From: Flammeovirgaceae bacterium UBA7330
GTDB taxonomy: Bacteria; Bacteroidota; Bacteroidia; Cytophagales; Cyclobacteriaceae
Direction of reading: 5' to 3'
Assembly (NCBI GenBank): GCA_002471275.1
Contig: DKPQ01000011.1
Span: 55,652 to 119,651, forward strand
DNA length: 64,000 bases
Numbering within the stretch: the first letter of the stretch is position 1; each line of letters begins with the position of its first letter. This document shows, piece by piece, positions 37,118 to 46,531 of this stretch. Below the pieces are notes generated by a model. It saw nothing but the letters and a program-made list of their open reading frames with translations, ran no database searches and was not told the DNA's origin. The translations under genes and the position numbers were made by a program.

Positions 37118-38830
37118 ATGAATATTGTCCATCCAATGGAAAGTACCATACGAGATCGTATCGAAGAGATCAGTAAATTAATCTTTGAAGTTGCCAATGG
37201 GAATTTTTCCTATAGGATTCCCAGCTCTCCGCACGATACTGATGAATTAGAAGCAATCATTCTGGGGGTAAATATGCTCGGCCAGGAACTTAAAAAATCG
37301 ACGGTCTCGAGAGATTATATGAAGCGCATCTATGATGGGGTCATTGATATCCTTATTATCATGGATGCTAACCTTAAAATAAAGGCAGTAAACAATGCCA
37401 CCTGCGAATTACTGGGATACAGTGAGCAGGAGTTGATGGGTACGCCTTTAGAAGGACTGCTTACAGAAGGCGCAAAAAGTAAACTCTTCAAAAAGATCAT
37501 TGAAGACCTTTCAACGACGGGACAATCTAAAAACAGAGAGTTGTATTTGCTGGATAGAAACGGCAATGAGCTGCCCACTTCCACGTCATTCTCTACGCTA
37601 GAGAATAAAAATGATGAGGAAAAAGAGATAATGATCATTGCTAAGGACATTTCCCAGCTAAAAGCTACAGAACTGGCGCTGAGGAAGGCCAGAGATCAGG
37701 CAGAGGAAGCCAATAAGTCCAAAGGGCGATTCTTGTCTAATATGAGCCATGAGATCAGGACGCCTCTGAACGGGATTCTTGGTTTTTCTGAGTTGCTCAA
37801 AAACACAGCAGCTACTAAAATCCAGAAAGAGTACCTCTCCCTGATACATTCCTCAGGAGAGACCCTGGCAAAGCTGCTCAATGATGTATTGGATCTGAAC
37901 AAGATGGATCTGGACAAGCTGTTGATTGAGAAAGTTCCTTTTGATTTCAGATATAATGTAGATTCTAATCTCAATCCATATAAATACCTGGCCAAAGAGA
38001 AGAACCTGAATTTTGACTTTGTGGTAGACGAAAGTGTACCCGAGATCGTGATCAGCGATCCCACACGGATCAACCAGATCATCATCAATTTTGTGAGCAA
38101 TTCAATGAAGTTTACAGAGGAAGGAAGTATTCACCTGAGCTTCAAAGGGATCAGAAAGGAAGGGATGCTGTTGCTACATGGTGAGGTCACTGATACGGGT
38201 ATTGGTGTGCCAAACGATAAGCGTGATACCATTTTTGAAACTTTCACACAATCCGATAGTTCAACCACCAGAAAGTATGGGGGGTCAGGTCTGGGACTGG
38301 CTATATGTAAACAACTCGTCGGTTTGATGGATGGCCAGATTGGTGTGGAGAGTCCCGTCAGCGAAGGAAAGCATGGATCAAAATTCTGGTTTACCATTCC
38401 AATTGAAGCGGGCGTGAAGCCTGAAAAATCTGATAAGGATCATGCTGAAAACAACTTTAAGTTGGAGGACAACAAAAAGGTCCTTGTGGTGGATGACAAC
38501 AACGTGAATCTTTTGCTGATCAAGAGAATGCTAATGTCAGCAGGTGCCAAAGTTACCAGTGCGATCCACGGAAAAGATGCCATCGAAAAAGTGCAGAAGG
38601 ATCACTTCGATATGATATTCATGGATATTCAAATGCCTGTAATGGATGGATTTGATGCGACAATCGAATTGCGCAAGCAGGGTTTTGAAAAGCCAATCCT
38701 TGCACTATCAGCCAATGTAGACAAGGAAAATATTGAAAAATGCCTGACAGTAGGGATGAATGATTATCTGCAGAAACCTTATCATAAGAAACAGTTGATG
38801 AGTTTACTGGAAAAGTGGGCTTCGAATTGA
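37118..38830 (+). CDS. Soluble hybrid sensor histidine kinase / response regulator (HAMP-like remnant, PAS, HisKA, HATPase_c, REC)
   Basis: H-box SNMSHEIRTPLNGILG, G-boxes DTGIGV and GGSGLGLAICK, and REC with VLVVDDNNVN...FMDIQMPVMDG. No TM segment. It starts 7 nt after the preceding stop. Confidence 0.85.
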   Translation: MNIVHPMESTIRDRIEEISKLIFEVANGNFSYRIPSSPHDTDELEAIILGVNMLGQELKKSTVSRDYMKRIYDGVIDILIIMDANLKIKAVNNATCELLGYSEQELMGTPLEGLLTEGAKSKLFKKIIEDLSTTGQSKNRELYLLDRNGNELPTSTSFSTLENKNDEEKEIMIIAKDISQLKATELALRKARDQAEEANKSKGRFLSNMSHEIRTPLNGILGFSELLKNTAATKIQKEYLSLIHSSGETLAKLLNDVLDLNKMDLDKLLIEKVPFDFRYNVDSNLNPYKYLAKEKNLNFDFVVDESVPEIVISDPTRINQIIINFVSNSMKFTEEGSIHLSFKGIRKEGMLLLHGEVTDTGIGVPNDKRDTIFETFTQSDSSTTRKYGGSGLGLAICKQLVGLMDGQIGVESPVSEGKHGSKFWFTIPIEAGVKPEKSDKDHAENNFKLEDNKKVLVVDDNNVNLLLIKRMLMSAGAKVTSAIHGKDAIEKVQKDHFDMIFMDIQMPVMDGFDATIELRKQGFEKPILALSANVDKENIEKCLTVGMNDYLQKPYHKKQLMSLLEKWASN

Positions 38831-38872
38831 TTTTGAAAAAATCCGGGTTCTTTCTGTGTAGTTAATTCCTTT

Positions 38873-40048
38873 ATGCTCAATTTAGGCGTTTTTAAAGCGC
38901 CTTCAATGATAATTCAAGCATCAGATCGGCTTAATACTGCAGAAGAATACTATTTCTCAAAGAAACTGAAAGAAATAGCCCGGCTCAATCAGGCGGGGGA
39001 GCGAGTCATAAACCTGGGTATAGGCAGTCCGGATTTGATGCCACACGAGAAAGTCATTACCCGACTGAGTAACAGCATTGTTGAGCCGGATGTACACGGA
39101 TATCAACCTTATCAGGGGATTCCGGAATTGAAGGCAGCCATTGCTTCTTTCACCCGGAAGCACCTGCACGCAAATTTAGAGCCGGATGAGGTTTTGCCGC
39201 TGATTGGTTCCAAAGAAGGCATTATGCACATCTCCTGGTCGTATCTTAATCCCGGTGATAAAGTACTGATACCCGCCCTGGGCTACCCTACCTATACATC
39301 TGTGACAAAATTGGCCGGAGGAGAACCCATATATTTTCCGATGAAGGAAGCGGAAGGGTGGGCCCCGGATTGGGATTTCCTGGAAAACCTGGATTATTCC
39401 CGCATAAAACTCCTATGGATCAATTATCCCCATATGCCCACAGGTACCAAAGGATCTGTAGAGATCTTTGAGCGATTTGTGAGGCTGGCCAATGAAAAAG
39501 GATTCCTGATCTGTCATGACAACCCATATAGCTTTATCCTCAATGATCATCCACTTAGTATTCTTTCCATTGATGGAGCCAGGGAGGTGAGTATTGAGCT
39601 CAATTCACTATCAAAGACTTTTAATATGGCAGGGTGGAGAATAGGCTGGGTTTCAGGAATGAAATCGTATTTGGAGCCAATTCTACGGGTAAAAAGCAAT
39701 GTGGACTCGGGTATGTTCAAGCCTTTGCAATTGGCAGCCATTGAAGCGTTGAACCTTGATGATTCATGGTTGACTCACATAAATGACGTTTACTCAAAAA
39801 GGAAAAAGCTGGTGCATGCCTTACTGGATAAATTGAATTGCTCCTATAATCGGGACCAGTCGGGCTTGTTTGTTTGGGCGAAGGTCCCTGAAGGTGATGG
39901 GGAGGCCTATTCAGACAAAATATTACAGAATAGCAAAGTCTTTATTACTCCGGGGTTCATATTTGGCGACAGTGGCAAATCCTATATCAGGGTATCATTA
40001 TGCTCTTCTGCAGAAAAGCTGGAAGAAGCCATCGAACGTATCTCATAA
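38873..40048 (+). CDS. Class I/II PLP aminotransferase (aromatic/aspartate type)
   Basis: NSLSKTFNMAGWRIGW PLP-lysine block. Alternative ATG at 38906. It lies upstream of prephenate dehydrogenase, as in Bacteroidota aromatic amino-acid operons. Confidence 0.8.
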   Translation: MLNLGVFKAPSMIIQASDRLNTAEEYYFSKKLKEIARLNQAGERVINLGIGSPDLMPHEKVITRLSNSIVEPDVHGYQPYQGIPELKAAIASFTRKHLHANLEPDEVLPLIGSKEGIMHISWSYLNPGDKVLIPALGYPTYTSVTKLAGGEPIYFPMKEAEGWAPDWDFLENLDYSRIKLLWINYPHMPTGTKGSVEIFERFVRLANEKGFLICHDNPYSFILNDHPLSILSIDGAREVSIELNSLSKTFNMAGWRIGWVSGMKSYLEPILRVKSNVDSGMFKPLQLAAIEALNLDDSWLTHINDVYSKRKKLVHALLDKLNCSYNRDQSGLFVWAKVPEGDGEAYSDKILQNSKVFITPGFIFGDSGKSYIRVSLCSSAEKLEEAIERIS

Positions 40049-40126
40049 ATTTGGTCGTTTAGATTTTAGGTGGAATTTTGCAGCATGATTCGTTACTGAG
40101 TCAAACCAAATCAAGCAAATAACTCG

Positions 40127-40972
40127 ATGAAAATACTTTTTGTAGGCACAGGTTTAATAGGAGGTTCTTTTTCATTAGCACTTCAGCAACACAAACTGAT
40201 GGAGCAGGCTGGAGGATACAGCAGAAACCCTGCAAATCTGGATAAGTCTATTTCATTAGGCCTCATCCAGCAGAAATTTGAAAGCCTTGACGAGGGCATT
40301 TCCTGGGCCGACTGGGTTATTCTTTCGATCCCTGTAGATGTGATTGTTAAGCTATTACCGGGTATACTGGATAAGCTGAAGCCAGGTCAGGCGGTCATTG
40401 ACTTTGGCTCTACCAAAGGCTCAATATGTGAATCGGTCAGGGATCATAAACATCGGTCACAATTTATTGCTGCTCATCCCATCGCGGGTACAGAATACTC
40501 CGGACCCGAAGCTGCTTTTCCAGGTCTTTTTGAGAAAAAATCAATGTTGATTTGTGAAAGGGAATTGACCAATCCGGACCTTGTGGAGACTTTTGAAAAG
40601 TTGTGCGTAAAGCTGTCGATGCAAGTGGACTATCTCGGTGCTACTGACCATGACAGACACCTGGCTTATATCTCTCACTTAAGCCATGTGACATCATACG
40701 CGCTGAGCAATGCTGTGCTGGCTAAAGAAAAAGATGGTAGCGTGATCCTGGAGATGGCAGGATCTGGCTTTGCTTCTACAGTGAGATTGGCAAAAAGTAG
40801 CCCTGATATGTGGGCACCCATATTTCTGGATAATAAAAAGATGGTACTTGAGGCGATAGACCAGTACGAATCCCAGCTCAAAAAATTTCAGGAACTCCTT
40901 GAGAAGAATGACCTGGAGGGTATGATGTCTTTCCTGACAGAGGGTAGAAAGATTGGAAAGATCCTCAAATAG
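40127..40972 (+). CDS. tyrA: Prephenate dehydrogenase
   Basis: MKILFVGTGLIGGS Rossmann motif and the AAHPIAGTE active-site block. Confidence 0.8.
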   Translation: MKILFVGTGLIGGSFSLALQQHKLMEQAGGYSRNPANLDKSISLGLIQQKFESLDEGISWADWVILSIPVDVIVKLLPGILDKLKPGQAVIDFGSTKGSICESVRDHKHRSQFIAAHPIAGTEYSGPEAAFPGLFEKKSMLICERELTNPDLVETFEKLCVKLSMQVDYLGATDHDRHLAYISHLSHVTSYALSNAVLAKEKDGSVILEMAGSGFASTVRLAKSSPDMWAPIFLDNKKMVLEAIDQYESQLKKFQELLEKNDLEGMMSFLTEGRKIGKILK

Positions 40973-40985
40973 GAGGATCCGGATT

Positions 40986-41249
40986 TTAGTTTAAGCTCAC
41001 CTTATCTTTTGACTTGTCGATCATTTCTTTTCCGGTTTGGGAATACTGGTCGATCATGTCGTTGTAGGTTTTCTTATACTCGTTAAGTTTTCCGGTCAGG
41101 ATTTTTTCCCATTTTTCAGATTGTTTCTTGAAATCCTTCCTAATGGATTTAAACCTTTTTTCAGATCCTTTAGGGTCTGTATAATATACTGCTGCTACTC
41201 CTGCAGCTACCCCGGTCATAAAAGTGAATAAATATTTACCTGCGCTCAT
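40986..41249 (-). CDS. YtxH-like small protein
   Basis: 87 aa with an N-terminal hydrophobic helix (FMTGVAAGVAAVYY) followed by a Lys/Glu-rich helix. Confidence 0.55.
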   Translation of the reverse strand: MSAGKYLFTFMTGVAAGVAAVYYTDPKGSEKRFKSIRKDFKKQSEKWEKILTGKLNEYKKTYNDMIDQYSQTGKEMIDKSKDKVSLN

Positions 41250-41402
41250 TGTCTTAAATTTTTAGGTTCCCTATTATCTATTAATATCTAACACTGACCG
41301 ACGGGCTAATGTTTCATGAAATGACCTGATTTTAGTCACTTACAACTATATATGGGGATTCCTTTAAACTACCCAATATCTGGTTTGCCGTTACAAATGA
41401 GG

Positions 41403-41425
41403 CCTTTGTATTAAAGATACAAAGG
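41403..41425 (-). terminator. Hairpin 14 nt downstream of the blaR1-like stop
   Basis: CCTTTGTAT-taaag-ATACAAAGG. The U-tract is poor. Confidence 0.3.
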
Positions 41426-41438
41426 AAGGAATTAACCT

Positions 41439-42905
41439 TTAAAGGTTGCTTTCGCGGCTCAGTTTGAAAATAATTGGGAGGACCATTTTTACTTTTACTG
41501 GTTCACCACCTTCACTGCCTGGGTTAAATCTGGGTGCACTTCTTATCACGCGTTCTGCTTCTGCATCGCAACCACTACCAATACCTTTGACGGTCTTTAC
41601 TTCAGTGATTGACCCATCCTGATCTACGATGAATTCCACATAAACCCTGCCTTCAATTGATGCGGACCGGGCAGCTGCCGGATATTTGAGGTTTTCGGTA
41701 ATGTATTGATAAAAAGCCTTAAGGCCTCCGGGATATTCAGGTTGATTTTCTACAATGGTAAAAATCTGGTCTCCACCTTTGAGTGGTGGTTTTGCAGTGT
41801 AGTTCTTCAATTCCACTACCACGCCAAGCCTGTCTTTTAAATAGAAGAAGCTGACCAGGTTGCCATCCACATGCAGTTTCCTTAGAATATCATATACTGT
41901 ACCTACTTGTTCGCCTTCTTCTAATGGCAATTCTTTGTATGCGTAGGTTTTTTCAGGGTTTTTGCTATGAAGATCTTCAATCAATTCTTTGGCCTGCGCT
42001 GGGATTTCCATTTCTAATGCGGTACCTTCTGCAATCTTCTCAATTTCCTTATCCAGTTCATTGCTACAGGCAAAGGTCGTGATCAGTACAGCATACAGAG
42101 TGCAGAGCAGGGCTAGTTTCCATCCGCTGATGTATTTCATCTGGTTTTTCATGGCACGAATGCGCTTGAGCACAGAGCCACCCTGGAAGGAGTTGACCAA
42201 CGCCCAACCATTAGACCTGAGCGTATGCTTTATCAATGTATTCGAATAGTCGGACAGGCTAAAATGTCTGAGTGCTATCCTGTCGGCGTCGAACTCGTGG
42301 ATCTTTTTGATCTCACTCTGTAGCCACCAGGCGCTTGGTAGAAACCAACAAAAGATTCTGAAAATTTGAACAAGCAGGATGTCCAGCGAATGAAGCTGCC
42401 GGGCATGGGCCAATTCATGATGAAGAATGGCCTGATGTTCATCGTCTGAAATGGCCTCTTCATGGATAAAAATCCACTTGAAAAACGTAAAAGACCCTTT
42501 TTCTTTGATTAAATGAGCTTTGATCCCGTCAATGTTGACCTGTTTGCTCTTTGTTAACAGTTTCAAAATCACTCCAAGCCCGACCAGGAAGTATACCAGG
42601 AATGCTCCGGCTATCAATAGATAGATCCAGGTAATAATGCTAAATTGGTCGATGACAGACTGAGTACCGATTACGATTGGCGTAAGACTGTGCACCATAA
42701 TGGAATTCAATTCTGTCGATGCACCCCCTGTATCTGTACCAAGGAAGCCTTCAAACGAGATCAATGGTACCAGGGCAGCAACTGGTATGGTGAGGAGTAA
42801 AATATACCGCATAAGCCGGTATTGTTGTTCTCCTCTCAGTGTGATGAAATACACCAGTGACAATGCCAGGTGTATGATGGCCAATTCGATGAAATAGGTA
42901 ATCAA
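41439..42905 (-). CDS. BlaR1-like M56 peptidase signal transducer with C-terminal TonB domain
   Basis: HELAHARQLHSLD zinc motif within TM helices. C-terminus: YPAAARSASIEGRVYVEFIVDQDGSI...PVKVKMVLPIIF (TonB_C). The TTG start overlaps the blaI stop. Confidence 0.8.
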   Translation of the reverse strand: MITYFIELAIIHLALSLVYFITLRGEQQYRLMRYILLLTIPVAALVPLISFEGFLGTDTGGASTELNSIMVHSLTPIVIGTQSVIDQFSIITWIYLLIAGAFLVYFLVGLGVILKLLTKSKQVNIDGIKAHLIKEKGSFTFFKWIFIHEEAISDDEHQAILHHELAHARQLHSLDILLVQIFRIFCWFLPSAWWLQSEIKKIHEFDADRIALRHFSLSDYSNTLIKHTLRSNGWALVNSFQGGSVLKRIRAMKNQMKYISGWKLALLCTLYAVLITTFACSNELDKEIEKIAEGTALEMEIPAQAKELIEDLHSKNPEKTYAYKELPLEEGEQVGTVYDILRKLHVDGNLVSFFYLKDRLGVVVELKNYTAKPPLKGGDQIFTIVENQPEYPGGLKAFYQYITENLKYPAAARSASIEGRVYVEFIVDQDGSITEVKTVKGIGSGCDAEAERVIRSAPRFNPGSEGGEPVKVKMVLPIIFKLSRESNL

Positions 42906-43264
42906 CTTTTTTCCTTTTTAAGTTCTTTGAGCAGTGCTTCCAGTTCTTTCAAACTCAGGTTGTCTTCCTTGGTAAAGAATGAAACCATTTGCTGATAAGA
43001 ACCGCTGAAATACTTACCCACAAAGCTTTTCATGAAAGTCTTTGTGTATTCCTCTTTCGAGATCAATGGATGATATTGATGTGATTTCCCAAAGGCTTCG
43101 TGCCCAACAAAACCTTTCTGCTGGAGGATCCTGACGATCGTAGAAACGGTGTTATATGCGGGTTTGGGCTCGGGTAGCTGCTCAATAATATCCTTTACAA
43201 AGGCTTTTTTTAAGTCCCAAAGTACCTGCATGATTTCTTCTTCTGCCCGGGTCAACTCTTTCAT
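42902..43264 (-). CDS. BlaI/MecI/CopY family transcriptional repressor
   Basis: LTRAEEEIMQVLW...YNTVSTIVRILQQKGFV winged helix. 120 aa. Confidence 0.85.
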   Translation of the reverse strand: MKELTRAEEEIMQVLWDLKKAFVKDIIEQLPEPKPAYNTVSTIVRILQQKGFVGHEAFGKSHQYHPLISKEEYTKTFMKSFVGKYFSGSYQQMVSFFTKEDNLSLKELEALLKELKKEKS

Positions 43265-43265
43265 A

Positions 43266-43281
43266 AACTAATATTTTAGTT
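43266..43281. promoter_or_regulatory. Putative BlaI operator, copy 1 (AACTAAtattTTAGTT)
   Basis: Inverted repeat of 6 bp arms starting 2 nt upstream of the blaI ATG. It is identical to the copy at 43319-43334. Confidence 0.5.
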
Positions 43282-43318
43282 AAATATAATTGTTTTCTTT
43301 CTTCGATCCAAATAAAGC

Positions 43319-43334
43319 AACTAATATTTTAGTT
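43319..43334. promoter_or_regulatory. Putative BlaI operator, copy 2 (AACTAAtattTTAGTT)
   Basis: Identical 16-mer located 53 nt from copy 1, in the blaI upstream region. Confidence 0.5.
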
Positions 43335-43555
43335 TGTAGCTGGATTAGGTGCATTAATCGTACCATAAAATCCCCAAAATGGTAAAAATCCTCTCAAAAT
43401 AAGTAATCAATTGGATGCAGAGCACGCTACAATATTGAAAAATAAGTTTCGCTAATCATCAGATATACAGGGAGTTAATGGGCTTTTATTCTCTTAAGTC
43501 CCAAAGGTGGCACCAATCTGGCGCAGGCTGTACACCTAACCAGTTTTGACCAGCC

Positions 43556-46384
43556 ATGAAATTAAAATTAGAAAATCCACTTTATGGAATCCTATGGGGA
43601 ACCTTGATCTTACTATGTACGATGCCGGTGACTGCTTCATCGGGTCAGGAGGATTGTTTATGTGAGTTTGGGATCCAGTACATGACTGTCCGTTACGACG
43701 GGCCTGATGGTGCAACCATAAAAGTGTATGCTACACGTAACCAAATGGATTTTGTGCAACAATTCGAAAGAGTGGCTACTGGTGAATCGCTTTTTATTGA
43801 TAAATCAGATTTCCTGAAGGGGAGCGTAAAAACAAAAACCTATTTATTGGTTGAAGGGGAACCGGACTCCGAGGTTTCGTACCACACCTCATGTTCTGAG
43901 GATATTCTGAATCAGACAAAGGGGTATTTTACTGTCACTTCATTTCAGGATGCCTTTGGTCATGCATGTGCAAATGAGCTCAACCTTTCTGCTCAGATCC
44001 AAAATAACAAATGTCATGGTGAACAGTATGGTGAGATCTCGTTGATGATCACTGGTGGTACACCTCCATATGATATCTCATGGGATGATTCGAATGCTGA
44101 TGCAGTTCGAACCCATCTCGAAGATGGTATTTACCAGGTGACAGTAACTGATTTTCAGGGTATTTCACTGGATACTACATTTACTATTTCCAGTCCTGAT
44201 TCTATACAGTTGTCTGGTGAGATCAGTTTGCCAGGTTGTGATAATGCCAGTGGTGGAGCTATTGCGTTGTCAGTTTCAGGAGGAGTTACACCCTATCAGA
44301 TTCTCTGGTCCACAGGAGATACCACAGCTACGATAAACGAGCTTGCTGTGGGTACTTATCATGTGGAAGTAATTGACGACAATGGATGCATTGCCCGGGA
44401 GACCTATGAAATACCTCAGGTATCACCCATTTCCGTATCTATTGAATCAACCAGTTGTCAGGATGGAAACCTCAGTGCCATCGCTGAAGGTGGCGAGTCT
44501 CCATACACCTACACGTGGTCAACCGGGGATTCCGGTTCAGGGATCGTGGTCACGACACCTGGCAAATATTGGGTGAGGGTGACTGATGGTTTGGGTTGCG
44601 TAGCCGCTGATACCGTGGTTATTGAGCAACTTAACCTGATTGATGCATCGGCAGAATTTATGACCCCGTCTTGTTTTGAAGGAGATGATGGAGCCATCAT
44701 ATTAAGTATTTCGGGAAAACCATCGGCATATACATATCAGTGGAGCAATGGCCAAACCACCAAAGATCTGACAAATATTGAAGCGGGTATCTATCAGGTT
44801 ACCATAAGCTCTGTGGATGGAGCTGATTGCAGTCAGGAATTCTCTTTCACCTTACCAGATGCACAACCCACTTTGGTGTATGCCTCGGTCACACAAATTA
44901 ACTGCTATGGGCCTGGGTCAATAAGCATTGATTCACTGGTGGGAGCAGGACCATTTGAGATAGAATGGTCAACAGGTGAAACGTCTACTTCAATTGATAA
45001 TCTCAATACGGGTTCCTATGGGTTGAAGGTTACTGACGGTGCAGGGTGCGAAGTCTCACGTAATTTTACAATCATGGAATATCAGCCCCTGCAGGTGAAT
45101 ATTGATTATGATTTTTGCATCAATAATAACTTACGAGCCATCGTCAGGGGAGGTACTGGCCCTTATACCTACACCTGGAATGGTGTCCCGGGTAGTTATT
45201 CAGTGATTCCTGACAGCATTGGGACGTATGAGGTAGAGGTCACAGACAGTCAGGGATGTCGGGATTCTTCTGCTGTGGAAGTCACGGATATATTTACACC
45301 CCTTAATATCAGTGGAACCACAACACAGCTTTCATGTGATGATCCGGCCTCCGGTTCAATCGAACTCAGCGTGAGTGGTGGGGAGGGACCTTACACCTAC
45401 ACATGGTCCAACGGGTCCAATGAATCAATCATTAGCGGTTTGACATCCAGCTATTATGAGGTGACAGTGGGAGATCAGAAAGGGTGTGAAAAGTCCAGGT
45501 TGTTTTCTATCCGACCCCTCGAAACCATGAGCCTGTCTTCTGATGTTACGATGCCTGTTTGTGAAGATGAAGATGGGAGCATCAGTGTGAGCGTGATTGG
45601 AGGCAATGCGCCTTATAATTTCCAGTGGAATACAGGGATTTCGGGTCCGGCACTTTCTAACCTGTCGGTAGGAGAATATCAGCTGACAGTAGAAGACGCA
45701 AGCGGGTGTGTATTATCGGAAACTTTTGCGCTCGTTCTACCTGACACATGTGAGATTCCTAATAACGATAAGCCATCTGATGAACCCTGTTGTGATGGCA
45801 AGGTGTCACAACTTACCCTGGAATACCAGGGAAACCACCCAGGGTATGTAAAGGTGGTTCAGAGGATAGATGGTAAAAGTGTGTATTCCGCAATGGTTGG
45901 TCCCGGGGATGAATTCTCCCTCTATGGACAAGACCGCAAGGGTACCTTAGGTCCTGAAATCATCATTTACGTAGATGGAGATTATACAGCTCAGTTTCAT
46001 ACCAGCTGCTCTGAACCCATTGGTCCTGGTTCTGTCAGCGGTGATTTTCTGGTGCTTTCCGGCGAAAGTAGAAATGGTGGTATGCTTTGTCCTGTGTCTG
46101 AAGAACGGACCTCCGCACGATCATTGGAATATAACTTATATCCCAATCCATATGTTGGCAGTGAAAAGCTGAGCATCAAAGTCTCTCAAAATGATGAGAA
46201 ATCAATGAGCGTGAGATTGTATGATTTGACTGGCAAACTCAGGGCAACCATGCATAAGGAATGTAATCCGGAGCAATCATTGATAGACATCAGTGAAATC
46301 ACGAATGAATTACCTAGAGGTCACTACCTCATGAAGTTCAATTTAGGGGCTCAGGAATTTATTGAACGGCTGATCATTCAATAA
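43556..46384 (+). CDS. SprB-repeat cell-surface protein with T9SS type A C-terminal sorting domain
   Basis: Signal peptide. Eight repeats of the C..(D/G)G.I.L...GG..PY.Y.WS.G type. C-terminus YNLYPNPYVGSEKLSIKV...GHYLMKF. Two related modules each carry HTSCSE. Confidence 0.75.
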   Translation: MKLKLENPLYGILWGTLILLCTMPVTASSGQEDCLCEFGIQYMTVRYDGPDGATIKVYATRNQMDFVQQFERVATGESLFIDKSDFLKGSVKTKTYLLVEGEPDSEVSYHTSCSEDILNQTKGYFTVTSFQDAFGHACANELNLSAQIQNNKCHGEQYGEISLMITGGTPPYDISWDDSNADAVRTHLEDGIYQVTVTDFQGISLDTTFTISSPDSIQLSGEISLPGCDNASGGAIALSVSGGVTPYQILWSTGDTTATINELAVGTYHVEVIDDNGCIARETYEIPQVSPISVSIESTSCQDGNLSAIAEGGESPYTYTWSTGDSGSGIVVTTPGKYWVRVTDGLGCVAADTVVIEQLNLIDASAEFMTPSCFEGDDGAIILSISGKPSAYTYQWSNGQTTKDLTNIEAGIYQVTISSVDGADCSQEFSFTLPDAQPTLVYASVTQINCYGPGSISIDSLVGAGPFEIEWSTGETSTSIDNLNTGSYGLKVTDGAGCEVSRNFTIMEYQPLQVNIDYDFCINNNLRAIVRGGTGPYTYTWNGVPGSYSVIPDSIGTYEVEVTDSQGCRDSSAVEVTDIFTPLNISGTTTQLSCDDPASGSIELSVSGGEGPYTYTWSNGSNESIISGLTSSYYEVTVGDQKGCEKSRLFSIRPLETMSLSSDVTMPVCEDEDGSISVSVIGGNAPYNFQWNTGISGPALSNLSVGEYQLTVEDASGCVLSETFALVLPDTCEIPNNDKPSDEPCCDGKVSQLTLEYQGNHPGYVKVVQRIDGKSVYSAMVGPGDEFSLYGQDRKGTLGPEIIIYVDGDYTAQFHTSCSEPIGPGSVSGDFLVLSGESRNGGMLCPVSEERTSARSLEYNLYPNPYVGSEKLSIKVSQNDEKSMSVRLYDLTGKLRATMHKECNPEQSLIDISEITNELPRGHYLMKFNLGAQEFIERLIIQ

Positions 46385-46531
46385 TTCCTGACAATGAAGG
46401 GATTTTAACAGAGTTTAATCGGATGACCAATTCGGCATCGTCAGACTGTTTTAGGATTTTTTGTGTCAAACATTGAAAACGGTATTAATTTGCCATTCAA
46501 GAATAACATCCTCTAGAAACATTACCCGAAG

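Noticed and set aside
43556-46384. SprB-repeat gene as a diversity-generating retroelement target or recombination cassette
   Set aside because: There is no reverse transcriptase and no template-repeat copy anywhere in the window. The repeats are diverged at the DNA level.
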